From Terriglobia bacterium (lineage in GTDB: Bacteria > Acidobacteriota > Terriglobia > 2-12-FULL-54-10): a DNA stretch of 64,000 nucleotides. The stretch spans positions 1,056,001 through 1,120,000 of the forward strand of contig CAXVYR010000004.1 of assembly GCA_963666975.2 (NCBI GenBank), given 5' to 3'. Numbering within the stretch: the stretch's first letter is position 1; every line of letters begins with the position of its first letter. The position numbers and the translations under genes are program-made. A model generated the notes under the pieces. It did no database searches. It was given only the letters and a program-made list of their open reading frames with translations, and was not told where the DNA came from. Below, in pieces: positions 59,991-64,000 of this stretch.

Positions 59991-60917
59991 TTAGCAGGAC
60001 TTATGCTTCCTTCCGGCGCTGGAGCCGCGAGGCAGGCGGTAGTGCAGCCCCATGGCGGGCGGACCGTCGCATTCGACCTGTCCCAAGCTGACAAGCTCGA
60101 TCAGGTGAGCCTCCACAGAAAGGGCCGCCGCCCCGCGCAATCCCGCCGAAAGGCCGATATAGACGGCCTCTACGATCTCCGGGATAGTCGCATCTGCTTT
60201 GCCGAGCCGCTGCAAGATCGCCGCGGTTCGTTCCCGCCGGTGTTCGATGAAGGCGCGGACGTGCTGCTTGGGGTCGGGAATGGCCGGGCCATGGGTCGGC
60301 ATATAAATTGCTTCGTCCCGGTCGAGCAGCTTTTCCAGCGAGCGCATATAGTTGCCCATCTCCCCGTCCGGCGGGATAATCACGCTGGTCGACCATCCCA
60401 TCACATGGTCGCCGGAGAACAGCACATGCTCCCCGGGAAATGCAAAACAGAGATGGTCGGAGGTATGGCCGGGGGTGTGCACTGCCTCGATCTGCCAGCC
60501 GTGTCCGTCCAGCACGTCGCCGTCGCGCATGGATTGGTCGTGGAGGGAGCCGTAACCTGCGACTCGCCCGCCGGAGGTGGCGGGCATGTTTCGGTCGGGC
60601 CCGAAGCCATAGGTCCTCGCCCCGGTCGCCTGTTGGATCGACTCGGCTGCCGGCCAATGGTCCGGATGGGTGTGGGTGATCAGAATGTGCTCGATGGTCT
60701 CGCCGCGCAGTGCATGAAGAATCGCCTCAATGTGGCTGGAAAGCGCCGGTCCCGGGTCGATGAGAGACACTCGCCCATGGCCGATGACGTAAGTCCCTGT
60801 GCCGGGACCTGTGAAGGACCCCGGATTCCGGGCGACGATCCGCCGGATGAGAGGCGAAACGGTTTCGAGAACGCCGTATTCGAAATCGAAATCGCGGTAG
60901 AAGCGGATGTTGGTCAT
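59991..60917 (-). CDS. MBL-fold hydrolase (LACTB2-like, C-terminal winged helix)
   Basis: NPGSFTGPGT, THTHPDH, TPGHTSDH, SGDHVMGWST and PTHG. Confidence 0.92.
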   Translation of the reverse strand: MTNIRFYRDFDFEYGVLETVSPLIRRIVARNPGSFTGPGTGTYVIGHGRVSLIDPGPALSSHIEAILHALRGETIEHILITHTHPDHWPAAESIQQATGARTYGFGPDRNMPATSGGRVAGYGSLHDQSMRDGDVLDGHGWQIEAVHTPGHTSDHLCFAFPGEHVLFSGDHVMGWSTSVIIPPDGEMGNYMRSLEKLLDRDEAIYMPTHGPAIPDPKQHVRAFIEHRRERTAAILQRLGKADATIPEIVEAVYIGLSAGLRGAAALSVEAHLIELVSLGQVECDGPPAMGLHYRLPRGSSAGRKHKSC

Positions 60918-61253
60918 AGCCGGAAACTTTACGTCTGCCGAAAATAGACCGGCAGGCCGGGCCGTTGTTTGCAACTGGCAGAGTCTACACCACAGTCATT
61001 ACTCCGGGAAACCGCCATGCCGGCGCCCTTCGCCGCCTGGAAATATTGGGTAGAGATTACATGAGGGACGAGGACAAATCAATTGTGCGAGGAGACGGGC
61101 CGGCACCCCTTTCGCTGAAGTTTTTCCATTTTCACAGTCAGGGGCTATGAGGTAGACTTTCATTCCGAGTGGCACAGAAAACCCCGGTCAGATCATCCCA
61201 TAGTTGGCCCATAGTTGGCGGAAGCAACAATCCAAAGCAGAGAGGGAAACATT

Positions 61254-63113
61254 ATGAATCCCAGCGAGAAAAAGCAAAAAAGGATCAGCCGCCGGGACTT
61301 CGTCCGAGGGGCGGGCGTGGGCGCGGCGGCGATAGCCGGCGCAGGCGCTTTACCCGCTGTCGCTGTCCAGGCAGAAGCGCAGGAGCGCGCTTCCTCTGCG
61401 ATTCCAGCGGAATGGGACCTGGAGGCAGACGTTGTCATTCTCGGCTCCGGGGCCACGGGAATGCCCGCCGCTATTCGGGCGGCAGACCAAGGCGTCTCCG
61501 TTCTCGTCGTCGAAGCCAATTACGACATCGGAGGACACGGGTTGCTCAATGGAGGGCAAGTCCCTCTGGGTGGCGGGACGAGTGCTCAGAAGAAATATGA
61601 GATCAAGGATTCGCCCGACATCTTATTCAAGGATCTCACCGACTGGTCGGTAGTGGAAACCAACGGCATGCCGGAATACAGGTACAACGACCGAGGCGTC
61701 CAGCGGGCCCTGGCCGACAACGAGGCTCCGACCTTTGAATTTTTGCTGGAAAATGGGGTGGTATTCGCGGACAGAGCCCCGGGCGTAGCAGGCGGCCACG
61801 CCATTGGCATCTCCGCACCGAGAGAAAATTACGCCATCTGGAGAAAAGGACAGAGCCTCGAGAGTCCCAGGGGCGGAGGCGGAACCAGCATCTATCGTCC
61901 ACTAGAGGCCAGCGCCAGGAAGAAAGGCGTCCAGTTCCTGCTGAACTACCACATGGACGTCATTTTCCGCGAGACTTCCACATCGGGGAGGGTTGTTGGC
62001 ATCCAGGCAAGCTACACGCCCACAATCCTGCCGGGAACCAGCACTCCTCTCCAGGGCTTCCGTTCCGATGGCAACATCGAAATGGACACCCAAACCATCA
62101 CCGTCAAGGCGAAGAAGGCTGTCATCATCGCCACAGGCGGGAGCACGGGCAACGTCAACTTCCGCAGGATGTTTGATCCAAGAATGACCGAGGAGTTCCA
62201 ACTTTCCGGCGACCCCTACTCCCACCAGGACGCCAGCGGAGAGCTGGCCGCTATGGCTATTGGATCATCGCTCTGGGGCACGGCAAACCAGACGTTTGAA
62301 AGAAACGGCTTCTTCCGGAAGCGTCCCCGGATTGGAGCGCAGTATCTCTACATTGTGTGGACCCCCCAAAGCCCCGTATTCCCTCTGGCCCGCGCCACCG
62401 GCCTGGGCGTTCGCAATTGGCAGGATTTGATTTTGGTGAACCAAGTGGGCCAGCGATTCTACGATGAGACGGCAGGGAACTGGCCTTACGGGACTCATCA
62501 TGGGTTCCTGGACCCGTATGTCCAAGGGGATTGGCGCAATCCCAAACGAATCGAATACAATCCACAGAACTACCTCGACGCCGCAGTGGCTATGAACGAG
62601 GGTTCGGTTCCTCCAGACTATGGCGCCGGGCCAACCTGGGCCATCTTTGACGCCGAGGCGGTGAAGCGGGAAAGATGGAAAGTCGAGCCGCCTGCCATTG
62701 ATCCTCTCTACTTTTTCAGCGCTGACACGCTGGCGGAGCTGACGAAGAAGCTGAAGAAAAATCCGTATCAGAAAACCGAGATGCCTGCGAAAAACCTGGA
62801 AGCGACCGTGGCCAGATACAACTCCATTGTGGATTTCGGCTACGACCCTGATTTTGAGAAGCCCAAACCCCTATACAAAATCCAGACGCCGCCGTTCTAC
62901 GCTGCCTGGGCCACGCCCGTGGTGCACGACACCTATGCGGGACTCCGGATCAACATGAAGTGCCAGGTGATGGACACGAAAGGCGAGGTCATACAGGGCC
63001 TCTACTGCGGAGGAGAGTCGGCCGGCGGATGCAGCCAGCATGGCCAGGGCCGATGCACCACCCAGGGCTACATCGCCGGCAAGGAAGCCGCCTTCGAGCC
63101 CAGTTGGGACTAG
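61254..63113 (+). CDS. Tat-exported FAD-dependent oxidoreductase (FAD_binding_2; KstD/flavocytochrome-like)
   Basis: SRRDFVR, DVVILGSGATG, IIATGG, HDTYAGL and GLYCGGE. Confidence 0.9.
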   Translation: MNPSEKKQKRISRRDFVRGAGVGAAAIAGAGALPAVAVQAEAQERASSAIPAEWDLEADVVILGSGATGMPAAIRAADQGVSVLVVEANYDIGGHGLLNGGQVPLGGGTSAQKKYEIKDSPDILFKDLTDWSVVETNGMPEYRYNDRGVQRALADNEAPTFEFLLENGVVFADRAPGVAGGHAIGISAPRENYAIWRKGQSLESPRGGGGTSIYRPLEASARKKGVQFLLNYHMDVIFRETSTSGRVVGIQASYTPTILPGTSTPLQGFRSDGNIEMDTQTITVKAKKAVIIATGGSTGNVNFRRMFDPRMTEEFQLSGDPYSHQDASGELAAMAIGSSLWGTANQTFERNGFFRKRPRIGAQYLYIVWTPQSPVFPLARATGLGVRNWQDLILVNQVGQRFYDETAGNWPYGTHHGFLDPYVQGDWRNPKRIEYNPQNYLDAAVAMNEGSVPPDYGAGPTWAIFDAEAVKRERWKVEPPAIDPLYFFSADTLAELTKKLKKNPYQKTEMPAKNLEATVARYNSIVDFGYDPDFEKPKPLYKIQTPPFYAAWATPVVHDTYAGLRINMKCQVMDTKGEVIQGLYCGGESAGGCSQHGQGRCTTQGYIAGKEAAFEPSWD

Positions 63114-63298
63114 GGCTGTTTCAGAGTTGGTGTAGAGTGCTTCGCAGCCCTGCAAGGGCGGTAGAATCTAGCCCAGGGCGTAAGCCCTGGGACAACGGGG
63201 ACCGGTATTACCCCAAGCCCTAGAGGGGCGCAAGACGTTCCGGCCCTCGTCTTTCGCCCCCTTCGGCAAGCTCAGGGCAGGCTCTCAGAATGACCCTA
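63111..63298. repeat. partial second copy of the 57413 MITE-like element
   Basis: TTTCAGAGTTGGTGTAGAGTGCTTC.CAGCCCTGCAAGGGCGG... shared; begins at the TAG stop of the FAD gene. Confidence 0.8.
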
Positions 63299-63317
63299 CA
63301 CATAAAGGCTGGAAGGG

Positions 63318-64000
63318 TCACAGGCCCAGAAAACGTTCCAGCTTTTCCACGTTTTGTTCGGCTAGGTCGAGGTTTCTTTTGGCGGTGGCGGCATCTCCTG
63401 CTGCCAGAGAAGCGTCGGCTTCCCCCATCAGATATTCCACGCTTTGCTTGGCAGCGGCCATGTCCCCTCGCAGCGAGAGACCGGCCTGACGTTGCTGGTT
63501 TTCCAGGGTCGCAACGCTGCCGCGAACGGCGCTCGCCCGTGCCGCAAGAAAGAGCATCCTTTCCCGTAGTTCCTGAAGCAATGCCCGATCGACTGAGCTA
63601 GGCGATGCTTGTGCTGGAGCGGTTGCTGCCGCGGTTGCAGGCGGCTGCTGGACCGGCTGTGATTCCGTCCTGTTCTGTGGAGGAACTACCGCCGCTGGCG
63701 GGGAGGGCTGGCGCGGAGCTTCTGGAGCCGACGCTTGTGGCGCCACATCCACCGGGAACTGCTGAGGAAAGGCAGCGGAGGTTGCTGGCGTGGGCGTGGA
63801 ACCAGACGGCGGGGCCGGGGCAGTTGTGCCGGTGAGTGGGGGTGGCGGAGGGGGAGAAGAAGGTTCTGCGGGAGTCACCGCCGCCGGAATCGCTGGAGTT
63901 CGACTTTCAGGGCCCGTGTCCCTTCGGGCGAATTGAAGAACCCCCAAAACGACGATTGCGACTGCTACGAGGCCTCCCCCCAACCAGTACAGTTTGCGGC
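63318..64000 (-). CDS. C-terminal part of a membrane protein with Pro-rich linker and helical domain (possibly a Ser/Thr kinase); runs off the window
   Basis: TM helix, Pro/Ala linker and GLSLRGDM...LERFLGL. Confidence 0.65.
   Translation of the reverse strand, partial: RKLYWLGGGLVAVAIVVLGVLQFARRDTGPESRTPAIPAAVTPAEPSSPPPPPPLTGTTAPAPPSGSTPTPATSAAFPQQFPVDVAPQASAPEAPRQPSPPAAVVPPQNRTESQPVQQPPATAAATAPAQASPSSVDRALLQELRERMLFLAARASAVRGSVATLENQQRQAGLSLRGDMAAAKQSVEYLMGEADASLAAGDAATAKRNLDLAEQNVEKLERFLGL

Overview
Bacterial chromosome segment, GC-rich with several AT-richer patches. The gene families and repeat styles suggest Acidobacteriota, but that is an inference. Housekeeping genes include an EF-G paralog, a LysM lytic transglycosylase, galU, tRNA-Leu(GAG)-secG-tpiA, a ferredoxin-type sulfite/nitrite reductase, asmA-lepB-rnc and two TPR genes. 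Two accessory regions have no integrase. The first is an island at the tRNA-Leu 3' end (21-bp att duplication, 11165-18888). The second is a repeat-punctuated cassette region upstream of a TPR gene (39.8-49.0 kb). It holds a SIR2-like gene split by an IS3-like element that itself contains an IS256, an orphan HicB, an apparently foreign cimA and a methyltransferase. The strongest signals missed by the ORF track are: (1) a 7-Cys leader peptide with terminator/antiterminator ahead of the sulfite reductase, probably a leaderless cysteine-sensing attenuator; (2) an in-frame UGA in a UxxC AhpC/TSA-like gene with a SECIS-like hairpin; (3) recurring R2/gene-5'-end/R1 junction repeats; (4) a Tat-exported ThDP enzyme paired with cytochrome c; and (5) many gene-tail remnants beside palindromic repeats. 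No CRISPR array or rRNA was seen. All family calls come from motif recognition, not database searches.
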